Under the pieces are notes generated by a model. The model was not told the DNA's origin, searched no databases, and saw nothing but the letters and a program-made list of their open reading frames with translations. Both the position numbers and the translations under genes were made by a program. 64,000 nt of DNA from Gordius albopunctatus (Eukaryota), in contig OZ193909.1 of the NCBI GenBank assembly GCA_964276515.1, positions 10,912,001 to 10,976,000 of the forward strand, read 5' to 3'. How positions within the stretch are numbered: the first letter of the stretch is position 1; the number at the start of each line of letters is the position of its first letter. Below, one piece after another: positions 33,806 through 46,700 of the stretch.

Positions 33806-36800
33806 ATGCTAGAGAATCAAGGAAAGGAGATCTATAAATATACAGCTCCATGGCCGATATATGCGACCTCATGGAATACTAAACCTCGAAATGGACATTG
33901 CTTGGCTATTGGAAGTTTTATTGAAGAATACTGCAATAAGGTAGATTATGACTCAAAATAATATTATTGTATTAGATACAAACAATTGAGTTGGAAGATA
34001 ATAGCTCTGATTTTTCTACTAATATTATTTTTGAGCACCCTTATCCTCCAACAAAACTTATGTGGATTCCAGATCTAGTATAGTATTTGAAAATAAAGTT
34101 TTATTTTTTAAAGAAAGGTGTATATCCAAATTTATTGGCAAGTAGTGGTGACTACTTACGAATTTGGAAAATTGAAGAATCTGCAACTCTAGAATCTTTG
34201 CTCAACACTGTATGTTTATTGATTTTTATTTAATTTTTCTATAGAATAAAGATTCTGATTTTTGTGCCCCAATCACATCATTTGATTGGAATGAAATGGA
34301 CCCTAATTTAATTGGGACTGCAAGCATTGATACAACTTGTACTATATGGTCTTTGGAGGTAATCAAATAATGTATTAAAGTAACTTTTAATAGACAGGGC
34401 AAGAAATTGGAAAGGTTAAAAATAATTTAAATGTTTCAACTACTGTTAAACATCCTTCTCCCCAATCAGATATAAATGCACAGCTATATGGATCAGGATC
34501 TATAAATGGGTCAATCAAAACTCAAATAATAGCCCATGATAGAGAAGTTTTTGATTTTGCATTTAGTGGATGTGCTGGTGGTAAAGATATGTTTGCTACT
34601 GCTGGAGCAGATGCTTCTATAAGAATATTTGATTTACGTCATCTTGAACATTCTACAATTATATATGAACACCCAAATGGTAATGCACTTGTGCGTTTAG
34701 GCTGGAATAGAGAAGACCCAAATTATTTAGCTGTACTTCCATCTTTAGCTAATGAAATACTGGTAAATCTATTTAATAATTTTATTCCTCTAAGTTTGTT
34801 TTGAAAAATGTGCCATTAAGTGTTTTAAAGCTATTTTAATTACTTATGTGAAATGTGTGTAATGAATTTTGATGCTTTGATTATGTTTCAATTATAATTT
34901 GTAGAAATCTAATGGACTATCTAATTACAATATTTTATGTCAACTGCTATTATTATTTCAAAAATATTTTTTATTTGTTGGCATTCCATTTTAAATCGAT
35001 TATAAAAACGCCGTTTTCGGCCCTCAGATTTTCATAAAATTTGATGAGGATGTAGATACTATTATAGGATCATTCCATGATAAATCAAAATGTTTTCGAC
35101 CAACTATCCAGATTTGGATGATTTTTGGTAAGGGTCTAGGCCTCATAATTTGTAGTAACTTTTGAAAACCTGAGCCATTTTGGGCCAATACTCTTTAAGT
35201 TATGGATGTTTAAACTGCCAAAATCACGTTCGAGCCCGTTTTATTGTTTTTGTCAAATTTTTGATAGTAATGGCGCTATCCTCTAGAATTTCGGTGTATT
35301 TTGTTCCCAAAAAATTTTCTATTGAAATAAACATAAAACCTCAAACTTTTCCAGTTATCTTTTGTTGTCAAACCAGTAAAAAATCATAAAATTTTCGACC
35401 TCATATGAGCTCACCAAATTTACAATGTGCACTCCTTTATGACCCATTATCAAATTTCAATTGTCAAAAGTTTGTCATACTACGAGATGTCAAGTATTTG
35501 AAAAATTACACTATCACTAAAAATATTCTAGATGGTAATAAAATCAATTATTAAAAGAACAACTTATGATGTTTATTTTTCAACTTGCAATAAACGGCAC
35601 ATTTGTCGCACAGCAATTTTATCTGAGATTTTGGACCATAGGGAAGGATCATTAAAAAAGAAACCTTATGCTGGGGAAGAGCTTCTTACGATAGACTCTT
35701 TTGGTAGTGATGGTACCAAGTCTGTCTCCATTCAACAGCGTAGGTGTAGGTGTAGGTCTAATAAGGCGCGCTAAAAACAACACTAGTCAAAATTAAGCCT
35801 TTAACGACATTGGGTCATGACGCTAAATTTGATTAAAAAAAATACAATCATTGACAGCCTAATCTACCTTGTTATAACTCCGTGGAAAAAAAAATTGAAA
35901 AGAATATTTTTGACTATTGATCATCTGATAATGGCTAAATTATCAATTTTATTGTTAAATCGTCCCAAACCACTCGAAACTAATGTTTATAGCCTGTTCG
36001 TGACACAAAAGACTCTTGCTAGTTTTATTTATTTTAAATACAAATTGATTATAGAATGGGGGGGGGGGGCGTGTCGGGATACTATTGCACAATTCATAAT
36101 TCATATACTCCACAACTTAATTAGCTGTTATAACATGAATATATATGAAACTAGTTAGTTATAAGCATGCTTTGCAAATTTTAACTACATTTTGATTGAT
36201 TATAGATCCTTTGAGTTGAGCAAATGCGGTGCTAATTTTTGGCAAAAATATTAATAAAAAAGATTGCTTAACAAGCGATAATAATTTTTTGTAGTCATAT
36301 TGGCACCCTAACAAATATTCGATGTATATATTTTTCTACGTTCTGTTGAAAATTAGGATATATCTTTGCTCCCTAATAAGAAATAATATACCTGATATAC
36401 TGCTTATGATAGATTTTGGATATCAGAATGCCTTTGCGCCCTGCAGCTGTAGCCTTAAAACCTTGCTTTCTCTCCAAAACTGCAAGCCACAAAGATTCGA
36501 GCGAACCCTTCGTTGAGCAACATAGACACGAAGCGTGTATAAACGCTTTTGCTTGGGCGCCTCATTCGAGTTCCCACATTTGCACCGCCTCTGATGATAA
36601 ACAAGCCATTATTTGGGACATTTGTAAGAATTCGCCCCAAGCAGTCAATGAAGATTTAACTCATTTGTCAGGGACCTTAAGCGAAAATAACGGTCCCCCC
36701 TTATCAATAATTCCCATTTTGGCTTATACGGCCGAAGGCGAAATCAATCAAGTGCAATGGTCACCGGCACATTTGGATTGGATCTCGATATGTTACAATA

Positions 36801-36826
36801 ATTGTTTCGAAATGCTTCGCGTTTAG
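33806..36826 (+). CDS. DCAF7: DDB1- and CUL4-associated factor 7 (WDR68/HAN11), WD40 protein, 6 coding exons
   Basis: Exons 33806-33940, 33976-34077, 34114-34209, ~34244-34358, 34394-34762, 36413-36826. They give [96 protein letters not shown] and [16 protein letters not shown]...LRV*. Confidence 0.95.
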
Positions 36827-37011
36827 GCTAAGTGTATAACATTTTTGTAGCTTATGTAATTATTCTTACTATATGTATATATAATCAATCACTGCCTATT
36901 TATTAAGACGTAAATTTCGTTCTACCTACATTATATGTACTACCGTCATCCGCTTAATATATGATATACATTTTAAATATATGACTTGTGAATATTAATT
37001 CTATTATTGAG

Positions 37012-38340
37012 GAAATTTTGGAAAAAATGAATATTTTAAATATTATTTAGTTTGTCGGCACATTTATTTTTTGGTAATTACTTTATTAGGATAATTTATG
37101 AGTTGAAGTTAAACATAAATTTCGTAAATTTACCAAAATATGGTAAAGATTAACACTAACGGCTTATGAAAAGGAGTGTCAGTTTGTAATTATTAGAGCT
37201 AACTACTTCATTATAATAATTATATGATGTGAACCGAATTAGTCACCTTTTTTAAAAATGTAGAGACTAACTTTCTCAAAAAGGAAACTTGTTCCTTTTA
37301 AAAAAATTGCTCAATTTTAATGTCCCTTTTTAAAGAGAAGTTCCAGTTACATTTCAAACATTTGTATACCCATAAATGAGCACTTATTTTACAATACTAT
37401 CCTTTATATTAAAAAAAGGCTATCATATCGGTCTCTAGTAAATTTTCTCCTCTTTAAAACGACTTGCCATACGGAATGCGCTCTCTAGATATGTTGAAGA
37501 TTGCAGATCAAGGGGCCTCCTTACCCTTATGTGTGCGTATGCTTCACATATTATTGGGTATATCGTATATGGAAACCCAAAACTTTTTTATGGGCTCGTT
37601 TAAAATAAAATATACTTGAAGAGAAAAAATCGTTCGGGGTATGAACGAAATTATGGAAGCAATGAGCTTTAAGAACAAAGAATAGGAAAAACTTTCAAAG
37701 TATCGCAAGCACACGACATAGCGATTGTTAACTGTGAAGATCACGAAAGGATTTACGAGGATTAAAGATTGCAAAGTAATACCGGGATAAGAATTCCCCA
37801 GGCAAATTCGTCTTCTTGATATGGATCTTGATGGAGGAGTCTTTTTGTAAAGAGGAAAGGCTGAGAATCTCGAATTAATGCTAGTGGATACGGCGACGAA
37901 AGATAAATATCACTTGAAAGCAGTCTTGTTAAGGAGCGCCGCTAAATTTTTAAAATGAAGAGTGGGAGCGGGACTAGCTCCTTTTAGGGCTGGAGGCTCC
38001 TCCGCTCCTTTAAATCTTATATATAAAAATGAAAGCCACCAATTTTGGAAAACTACCAGACCGATTTGGCTCAAAATTTCACAGTTTATTCCTGACACTC
38101 CGGAACATGTTTTAAGATTTGTTCGAGCCAAATCGGTCGAATAGTTTTCGAGGGGTCAGGTTTTTGTTTTATACGTTGTTTTATACGTTTTGGCACTTAA
38201 TAAAGTCGTCATACGGGGTACTGTAAAATGCGGCAATCACTTAATAAAATCAAGACGTCATACAGGATACTGTAAAATGCGGCAATCATTTAATAAAATG
38301 TCAATCATACGCAACTTCATGACGTCATACAGTGATACTG
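37012..38340. repeat. Arm of a ~1.3-kb inverted repeat (partner 47881-49169)
   Basis: 37012-~38040 is a near-exact reverse complement of ~48140-49169; the ORF track gives an identical 76-aa peptide at 37544-37774(-) and 48407-48637(+). The Helitron part is more diverged. Confidence 0.92.
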
Positions 38341-39773
38341 CAACATGCAAAAATATAAATAATCTATCATAAAACGTCATCATTTTTTTAATTGTGACAA
38401 CAATCAAATTTAATACACCCTGGTAAATGGCAAAACAACGTTTGCCGGATTCAGTGGCGTACGCAAGGGGGGGTTTTAGGGTTCAAACCCCCCCCGCGGA
38501 TTTCGAAAAAATATTTTTTATTTTCTGATATAGCATTATGTATCAACGCCTAAAAGGCAATATTTGTTTGATTCAATTGTAAAGTCTTCAGATTCCAAAA
38601 ATTTGAAATTAAAAACTCTCTGTGAAACAAGATGGGTTCAAAAGCATCAAGCAATAAACCGCTTTTTTGAATTAAGAGATTCAATCATCACAACCCTTGA
38701 GCAGATTAGTGAATGGGCAGACAATGATTCCTCTTCGGGTGCCATGCTATTGGTATCAGCACTTAAAACTGGCCATTTTTGGTTATCATTACACACACTA
38801 AAGCAAATCTTTGCTTATACTTTAAATCTTAGCATTCATTTGCAAAGCGTTAACCTGGACTTATCACAGGCAATAAATGCGGCCGAAAACGTTGTGGAAG
38901 CTATTAGATTAATTAGAAATAATTCTCAGGTAGAGTTTTCCAGGATTTTTAAAGATGTCACATTGATGGGAAAACAATATGACTTTGAGATTTCGATTCC
39001 CAGAGGAAATGTCCAACAAACCCCAGAGGCTTATTATAGAATAACTCTGTATAATGCATTCTTAGACACTTTTTTGGTAGAAATAGACACAAGGTTTCTT
39101 GAGAATAAACAAATTCTCATGGGATTTCATTCTTTACTACTACAACCACCTGTAAAGCTATCTGAAGTTAAACTGGCGAACCATTTGAATTTAGCGAATT
39201 TTTATGGGGATGATTTGAATGGAAATCAAGAAATTTATGAGGCTGAGATTAAACTCTGGTATCAATCTTTTAAAGATTGTAACCCTGAAGTCCTGCCTTT
39301 TAATGCACTAAAAGCATTGTCGGATTATAATTCCAAGCTGCTTCTATATCCAAATATAAGAGTGTTATACCAGATTTTAGCAACACTCCCAGTAACAACG
39401 TGTTCTAATGAAAGAAGTTTTTCTACGCTGAGAAGACTTAAAACTTACTTGAGGAATACAACTGGGCAAGAGAGGTAAATACATTTTATTACAAACTCTT
39501 AATTTTATATAGGCTTATAGGTTTGACCTTGTTGAATATTCATAGAGATTTAATTCCAGACACTCAAGATATAATCAATGAATTTTTATCTAAATCGCGC
39601 AAATAATTTTTTCCCTACTATTTATTTTATAAAATTATATGATATGACGTTTATAATAAATATTTTTTGTGAAAGTGTTTGTATTTAAATAAATTGTAAA
39701 ATTAATATGATTCTGATTTAAAAACCCTCCCCGCAGAAAAATCCTGCGTACGCCCCTGGCCGGATTCATCTAG
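38015..39773 (+). mobile_element. Non-autonomous Helitron (copy 1), interrupted by a hAT
   Basis: 5' A|TCTTATATATAAAAATG. 3' hairpin GGCAAAACAACGTTTGCC (38429-46), then, after removing the hAT, CATCTAG|T. Inserted between A and T with no TSD. Confidence 0.8.
38452..39758 (+). mobile_element. hAT (Tip100/P52rIPK-like) transposon, internally deleted, carrying the C-terminal transposase
   Basis: TIR CAGTGGCGTACGCA / TGCGTACGCCCCTG. Perfect TSD GCCGGATT at 38444-51 and 39759-66. ORF 38564-39478 has LKTLCETRW and LATLPVTTCSNERSFSTLRRLKTYLRNTTGQER. Confidence 0.93.
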
Positions 39774-40802
39774 TTTAATATATAAATTATATTATTTTTT
39801 AAATATGAATAATATTTGTTAATTAAAATTTAATGAAAATATTATTTTATTTAAATTTATTGATTTTTAAATGTTGAGCCGAGTTTTATATTGATTTTTC
39901 ATCTAATCATTTGAAACATTAAAAATCAGTTTTTCCTTTTTATCTTCTTCTTCTTTATCAGTTATTTGGTCCCACATTGGTGGGGTTTGTTTTGATGAGT
40001 CTCTTCCATCTTGACCGGGTTAGTGCCATGTTTTGACGAATCTCTTTAGTTTCCATAACTTTATCGACTTGCCTTTTCCACGTGACACGGGGTCGTCCTC
40101 TTCCTCTCTTCCCCGGTATTTTCATGTCTAGCACTTTTCGATTTACGTCATCCGGGTCCCTTCTTAGTATATGCCCATACCACCTTAGCCGATTTTCGTT
40201 AATCATGTCCGCCATAGGTTGAATACCCATTTTTGTCATGAGAAAGTCATTCGTCATATGGTCGAGCTTAGTATACCCCAAGCTCCACCGTATCATTCTC
40301 ATCTCCGTGGCTTGTAATAGCTTTCCTTCCGTGGTGTTTAATGCCCATGTTTCACTTCCATAGAGTAACACAGGTGTAAGGGTTTAGAAGTCAACGAGAT
40401 ACAAATGCGCTTAGACATGTCAATCACGATCAACTGACAGATATACTTACAAATGCGCTTAGACATGTCAATCATGATCAACTGACAGATATACTTTTCA
40501 ATATATAATACTAATTTGTATTTTATATAATAAATAAATTTTTCTTATCAAATTTTGGATTAATTGTAAATAAATATATTATCAGATTTTTGCAAAACTT
40601 AATATATTTATATCATAATAAACATTATGTAGCTTAAAATATAATTTCTACTAAATAATAAATTTGTGGTAATAAATTAAATGATAAAGCACTAATTTTG
40701 TCAAATATCTCTGTTTATATTTACTTTTCTACTAAATAATAAATTTGTAGTATTAAATTAAATAATATTAATAAATTTAAAAGTACTGTGGAAATAAATT
40801 TA

Positions 40803-43273
40803 TTAGTTACAATCATATATATATTCAAAATGATCGTTACAATGATGTAAATAAATATAATAATTTGATAATTGGTTGTGCAATTTGGGTGTATAAAGGG
40901 CCCATTTGCCGAATTGATAAGAATAAACATATATATTTATTTCAAAAACCGTGGCCGCTAACATGATATCAACTTCTGTGCTCCAAATCCCCAGTGTCCA
41001 CATGTCCTTCTTCTCCAGATATTCAAAACTAGAAGATTGTGGGTGGATATAAGGTTGCATAGCAACACTTATATCCTCTCGTAAAAATGCCGCGCACATA
41101 TGTGCACGGATGATTGAGTGATGATTCTCATTTTGGAAGATGGCTATGCTCATACATCGGTAAAAGCAATTGCCATCTCCATCCACCTCTTGCATCTTGA
41201 AGGGCCTGGCCAAAGGTTTTTCAACCTCGGCCACAGGCTTCAAAGGAGCTCTGATCCCTAACCTTGAATTGATATATATTTTTACATTAAAGATGTATAT
41301 AGTTACTTCTCCATTTGTTCTGTTGGCCACACATTACTCAAGGAACGAAACTTTAAGTCCTTTGCATTGAAACTTAAAATTTAAACTGAATCCTCATCTA
41401 AAAAATAAAAAAAAACAAAGAAAAATTTTACCCGAATGTTCATTGTTTGCTCCCAATTTCTTCTTTACAGTATTTTCCTTGTGAGTTATAACTTTTTCTA
41501 AATCAACCTATACTTAAAGTTTCATTATATCAATACCGAGATTTCTCTCAATTTCCACATTGTTTGCTCCCAATTTCTTCATTACCGTATTTTCCTTGCG
41601 AGTTATAACTTTTTCTAAATCAACCTATACTTAAAGTTTCATTATATCAATACCGAGATTTCTCTCAATTTTCACACGTCTAGCTCTCTTGCCAAGATTT
41701 TCGGACACTTTTAATAGATATATGTAAAATTAATTACTATTCATTTCACTTTTATACAATTTGATGTTTCCTCCGTGAGTTTTTTTTTCAATATCACCCC
41801 CTCCATCGTTTTTAGGGTGTAAGTTCCTTTAATTGGGTTAAATAAGGTTATATATGACATACCATGATGACCAGAGGCAATCTTGTATGGCCCTATCCAT
41901 GAGGGTACCATCTTGTCGCCTTTTCGGTCAGCCCGCCTACAATTAAAACACAGGACTACATCATCCACTTTAAAACCCGGTTTCAAGTGGTGCCTCTTTT
42001 CATAATCAGCCTTCTGTCTGGACTGGGCACTCATTATGTTGTCCGTGGCTACTTCATAAATCTTTTTGGATTTATCCATGAGCCTTTCAAAGTCGAAAGA
42101 CTCATAATCGTTTTCCTCTATGACAGGAAGCTCATCATCATTTTCATCACCCGAAAAAAAAGGATCGGGTTGTCGACCCCACATCAGCACCCACGGGCTG
42201 AACTTTGTGGACCTACAAAAATCATTCAGACTTCTATTTAAATTACCGTTGTTTCCTGGTAAGTAAAGCATGCAATACTCCAGGTAAAACAATGTCCCAC
42301 TTGTTGGTCTCGTTCTCCAAAACTTTGACCAGGGAGTTAACAATGGTCCGGTTGGCCCTTTCAACCAGACCATTAGCCTGTGGGTGGTAGGCGGAGGTAA
42401 TCCTATGATTGACTCCAGTAAGGGCATACAAGCCCTTTGTCAGTGAGTTGACAAACTCACGACCTTGGTCACTTATTACAATCTAAAACTATATAAAGAT
42501 TCAATTAAGTTATTTACTTTGGGGCGACCACACCGACAAAAGATTTCCCACAAATTGTAACAAGTCTCCTTGGCCGAATGAGACTTCAAGGGCCTGGCCT
42601 CAACCCACTTGGAAAAGTAATCAATAACAACCAACATGCAAATGTTGCCTTGTTCTGTTTTAGGCAACATGCAGAGATCTATTCCAACCTGTTTCCAAGG
42701 AGCTGGAATCACGGCCACATTATTAAGAACTGGTGTGGCCTTATCAATTCTAGCCATGTGTGTCTGACATGCATGACAAGCCCCAACATATTCTCTAACA
42801 TCTTTTGTCATGTTAGGCCACCAATATCTACTCATAACATATAAGAGTCAAACATTATATACAATGTAAAAGCAATTATTCACAAAATTATGAAAACTTT
42901 AAATTGTATAAAGCTTACTTTTCTGCTATCTTTTCTTGAGTACGATTAGACCCAAGATGGCCCCCCAAGCTTTTAGCATGTATGCTATCAGTTAGGCCAT
43001 CATGGTGTAATTTGATAACATTCATAATCTCTTCCTTCGTCATCACCACCCTTGCCAGCATTTCTAAAGATTACAACTTACAGCAAATTTTAATTTTATA
43101 CCTGTCTTAATACCTCCTATGTCTTTCACTCTTTTGTGATATAATTGCTCATTTTTAATAGTAAAAAGAGCTGCCTTTCTTTTGAGATAGGACCTCTGAT
43201 TCTTATCATATACAACAGGCATCAGTCCCTCCTTTATATATTTAATTATTTCCTCAAAATTATATTTTGCCAT
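40803..43273 (-). pseudogene. Ginger transposase-OTU fusion gene, spliced; one likely homopolymer frameshift (~41785) and one in-frame stop (~41383)
   Basis: HHCC (LHHDG...GGHLG...YWWPNM...CHAC), DDE ([27 protein letters not shown]), WIGPYKI and OTU (VDGDGNCFYR...WSTEVDI...HCNDHFE). Several 34-44-nt GT-AG introns restore the frame. Confidence 0.82.
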
Positions 43274-43329
43274 CTAAAAGAATAAACAAAGTTATATATC
43301 AAGTTGTCCTAAACAAATAATATTACAAA

Positions 43330-43780
43330 TTTATTATATTTAGGATTGTTTTCAAAATGCTTTGCATTAAATTTTTATATCTTATCAATATACTTAATGC
43401 AAAGCATTTTCAAAACAATCCAAAGTTATTTTAAAGGCCAAGAATGAAGTTTTTATTAAATGCATGACATAAGTGAATTATTTAAAACACATTTATAGGT
43501 ATATTGATAAGATATAAAAATTTAATGTAAAGCATTTTCAAAACAATCCAAAGTTATTTTAAAGTCCAAGATTGAGGATTTTATTAAATGCATAACATAA
43601 GTCAATTATTTAAAACACATTATTTATAAGTATATTGATAAGATATAAAAATGTAATGCAAAGCATTTTCAAAACAACCCAAAGTTATTTTAAAGGCCAA
43701 GATTGAGGTTTTTATTTAATGCATGACATAAGATAATTATTTAAAACACATTTATAAGTATATTGATAAGATACAGTCCT
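43330..43780. repeat. Tandem repeat of ~120-125-bp units upstream of the Ginger ORF (about 3 copies plus an inverted partial copy)
   Basis: Recurring AAAGCATTTTCAAAACAATCCAAAGTTATTTTAAAG at ~43401, ~43529 and ~43660. Inverted partial copy at ~43342-43395. Confidence 0.85.
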
Positions 43781-46700
43781 AAATATAATTAATTTTTAAT
43801 ACCTATAAATGTTTTATAACTATTTGACTTATGCATTTAATAAAAATACTTGTTTTGAGGCGAATTTTATAAAAGACCTGTATATTAATTTAATTATTTA
43901 TATAAGCATTTTTTACTTTTTGGGGGATTTTGAGGCGTACTCTTATAATGCACTGTTTTCCCGTGTGTTTTTCTAGCGTCTGTTTGGTACGCAAGCCTAT
44001 CAAAATTCGTGGTAGCCCACGTGGTGATAACAATCACGCTAATCATTTTTCGCTATTTTAATTTTGACCAATTATATGTAGGCGCACTTTTATCTCGGCG
44101 CACAATTAGAACCCTACACCGGTCTTACGATGGATTTGTAAGCTTTGCTCTTTAACTATATTGGCATTTTCTTGTCGCACATTACACCGGATATACTTCG
44201 CCATTTAAGCCATCCTTTTTGAATCCGGGCATTGATTTCAGTTGCGCAACCTCCCTCTTGATGTAGCATAGAGCCGAGGTAAGTAAACCTGTCTACTTTT
44301 GGGTACTTTAGGTGGTCATCCAGCGATGGGGTGCTTGTACCGTTCATTTCCATGTATACCGTTTTTCGATCGTTGACCTTTAAACCATATCCAGCTAAGC
44401 GCTTTGGCCACTTTTCTGCTTCTTTGAATACCTTCTCCCTTGTTTCCTCGCATAGTACTATATCATCGGCATATAGCATACACCATGGCGATGGCTTTTG
44501 AAAGTCCCTCGTTATCGTGTCTATAATTATATTAAATAAAAAGGGACTTAAAGCAGAGCCTTGATGTAATCCAATATTAACCCGAGAGGGTTTAGAGTCT
44601 CCAACTGTTGTCCTAACGCAAGAGTTTGAGGCTTCATAGATATTTTTCATAAGCCGTATATATGCGTCAGGGATATTTTGTTTCCTCAGGTACCACCATA
44701 TTAAATCGCGGGGGACCGTGTCATAAGCTTCCTCCAAGTCGATAAAAACCATATGTAGGTCTTTCCTCTTTTCACCATACTTATCCATCATTTGTCTTAG
44801 GGCGAAGATTGGGTCGATTGTGGATTTACCGGCCACGAATCCGAATTGATTAGCCGATATTTCCACCTCGTTTTTCAGCCTTGTTACTAAGATCCTTTCC
44901 AAAAGCTTCAAGGAGTGGCAAGTTAGCTTGATACCTCTGTAATTGCCGCAGTCCTGAGGGTCTCCTTTCCCTTTGAATAAGGGTATAATCGTGCTTGCTC
45001 TCCATTGATTAGGGATTCGCTCTTCTATCAATATCTTGTTAAGGAGGTTCGTCATGGTGGTGACTCCTTCTTCACGACATCCGAGCAATGCTTCCATAGG
45101 TATTCCATCTGGGCCATTTGCTTTTCCTTTTTGCATCTTGTTCATTTGTGTCCTAACTTCATCCTTCTGAAAGAGTTCGACCATACTTATATTTGGCTCA
45201 ATTTCGGGAAGGGAATCCTTGTCATTTGCAATATTCATAAGTTTCTTAAAATATCCTTTCCACCTTTCCATCACTTCCTTCGGCTTGAATAAGGTTTGAC
45301 CCTTCTCGCTTTTGACTATTTTAAGAACTCCGACATCTCGACTTTTCTTCTCCCTTATCTTGGCCAATTTGTACATAAGCCTATCGCCCCCTTTATGATC
45401 CAGTTTGTTTGCCATCTCGGTGTACGCAGCATTCTTCGCTTTTGCAACGGCCTTTTTTGCGGCCCTCTTTGCGTCCCTGTACTCTTGATAATCCTCCGAC
45501 TTTTTTGATTTATGCCACCGTCTATATAGATTTTTCTTTATTTCGATGCAATCTTTAACCGATTGATCCCACCACCATAGTTCCCTATTCATAGCTTTGC
45601 CTCCTTTGGTCTGTCCTAGAACACGAATCGCTGTTTCCTTAATGTCCTTAGATAGCGTTTCCCAATCTTCGTCTACGTCCCTTTGCAACTTCCTTGCACC
45701 CAAGAGTGAGGAGGCTTTTTGATGGTATTCTTCGTTCGTCGACGTATTCTTTAGCCTTTCGTATCGAATTCGAGGTTCATATACCTTTCTTCTTTCGGGA
45801 AATACTCTTCTGTCAAGATCCATAACAAGGGGACGATGTTGCCTGGCGATTTCTTCTCCCGGTATTACTTTGCAATCTTTGATACTCCATAAGTCCTTTC
45901 GCCGTATAAGCAAATAGTCGATTTGACTAAAATGCTTCCCACTTCTATAGGTCACAATATGATCTTCGCGCTTTTGAAAATAGGTGTTAACGATCGCCAT
46001 GTCATATGCTTGGGATACTTTTTTTCCCCTTCTTTGTTCTTCAGACCATGCCCATAGCCTCCATGATTGCGTTCATACCCGAGGCGATCTTTCCCTACGT
46101 GAGCGTTGAAATCGGCCCCAATAATTAGCCTTTCTTCCTGTCGGATTCCTTGTATTTCCTTTTCCAATGATTCGAAGAATATGTCTTTCTCTGATTCCGA
46201 ACACCCAATTTGGGGAGCATACGCGCACATAACGGTTAGGAGGCCCCCTTGATCCGTAATCTTCACCCACATTAGCCTGTCGGAACAACGTTTGACTTCC
46301 ACCACCTTGTCCTTGAACGATTCGCTTAGAACGATACCGACCCCGTTTCTACGATTTGGTGACCCACTGTAGAAAAGCTTGTATCCTTCTCCTAATTCCC
46401 GAGCTTTCGTTCCGTTCCACCTCGTCTCTTGTAGGCAGGCGATGTGTACCTTTCTTCTTTTTAACATCTGTGCGACCTCGATGCTCTTCCCCGTCAACGT
46501 TCCCACATTCCAGCACGTAATTCGCATTCTTTCCACAATTAGTTTCCTTAACCGCCTTCGTTGTGAGTTGGGCAGTAACCCTAGTGTATTTTTCACATTG
46601 CACGGGCGGGGTATGCAGTGCGCGTCGTTTGTGGAGGACGCCCTAGCCTTTTCTTGTAAAATCTCGTTTAAAACTATCATAAATTTTGGAGTTGATTTTT

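Larger units (their letters stand above)
40375..44118 (-). mobile_element. Ginger1 DNA transposon (Gypsy-like integrase + OTU protease, intron-containing)
   Basis: TGT...ACA ends with ~45-bp imperfect TIRs. 4-bp TSD CAGG (40371-74) / CCGG (44119-22) in the RTE's CCGG site. No gag, RT or LTR. Confidence 0.88.

Noticed and set aside
37544..37774. Identical 76-aa ORFs at 37544-37774(-) and 48407-48637(+), suggesting a conserved duplicated gene
   Set aside because: They are antisense to decayed RTE sequence, and their identity comes from the recent inverted duplication.
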